A DNA stretch of 63,952 nt, counting the filler, from Hyphochytrium catenoides (taxonomy: Eukaryota; Protista; Hyphochytriomycota): NCBI GenBank assembly GCA_900088475.1. It is 10 parts of 10 records of this genome, joined end to end, with 100 filler letters (N's around TTAATTAATTAA, not from the genome) between each part and the next. Parts side by side here need not be neighbours in the genome. Positions count along the whole stretch, not along the records: positions 61,895 to 63,952 come from FLMG01001448.1; 9 more parts are not named here. One strand, given 5' to 3'. Within the stretch, counting starts at the first letter, position 1; each line of letters starts with the position of its first letter. Under the pieces are notes generated by a model, which searched no databases, had not been told where the DNA came from, and saw only the letters and a list, made by a program, of their open reading frames with translations. Shown in pieces: positions 63,652-63,952 of the stretch. The position numbers and the translations under genes were made by a program.

Positions 63652-63952
63652 GCCTGAGAGACAGAATGTGAGCCAGAGCTCTATAGAGACAGAGAACCAG
63701 ACAGAGAGAGAGACAGAGGGAGAACTAGAGACTACAGTCAGAGGGACTGAGAGAGAAAAAGAGATACTCACCAACACAGGGTCAGAGAGAGGTAAAGAGG
63801 GAGAAAGAGAAAACAAAGAGGGGATTGAGAGAGAACAAGAGAGAGGGAGACAGAGACAAAATCGAGGAGGAGGAAGGCAGAGAGACAGAGAGACAGAGAG
63901 AGAGAGAGAGAAAGGTAGAGAGGCAGAGAGGGGGAGAGAGAGAGAGAGAGAG

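Overview
Eukaryotic nuclear DNA starting at a chromosome end. Protein sequences (RPS10, a small PH protein) look stramenopile/oomycete-like, but this is an inference only. The window is about 10 contigs joined by artificial 100-nt linkers (N44-TTAATTAATTAA-N44), so adjacency across linkers is unverified. It opens with a telomere in which CCCTAA and CCATAA are randomly intermixed, then a telomere-derived GCTG-containing subtelomeric satellite. I reconstructed spliced genes by hand (standard code, GT-AG introns): USP36/42-like (fragment), GCAT (fragment), a Cys-rich type I membrane protein, a coiled-coil protein, RPS10 (with a candidate intronic H/ACA snoRNA), APE1/ExoIII, a ubiquitin-like-domain protein, CIR1, MAP10-like, a CaaX-ending dual-specificity phosphatase, a secreted DUF1254/DUF1214 protein, a Kv-type K+ channel, a CUE-domain protein, POLR3D, a large alpha-helical orphan and a PH-domain protein. 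Decayed transposon-like tracts lie between them. Most notable: the two-variant TTA(G/T)GG telomere; signs of CAG->TAG (CpA) hypermutation reminiscent of RIP or non-CG methylation decay in an apparently non-fungal genome, together with TAG-biased stops and splice acceptors; introns made almost wholly of sense-strand (CT)n; a di-Gly UBL; and a probably bacterial-derived secreted protein. All family assignments rest on motif recognition, not database searches.
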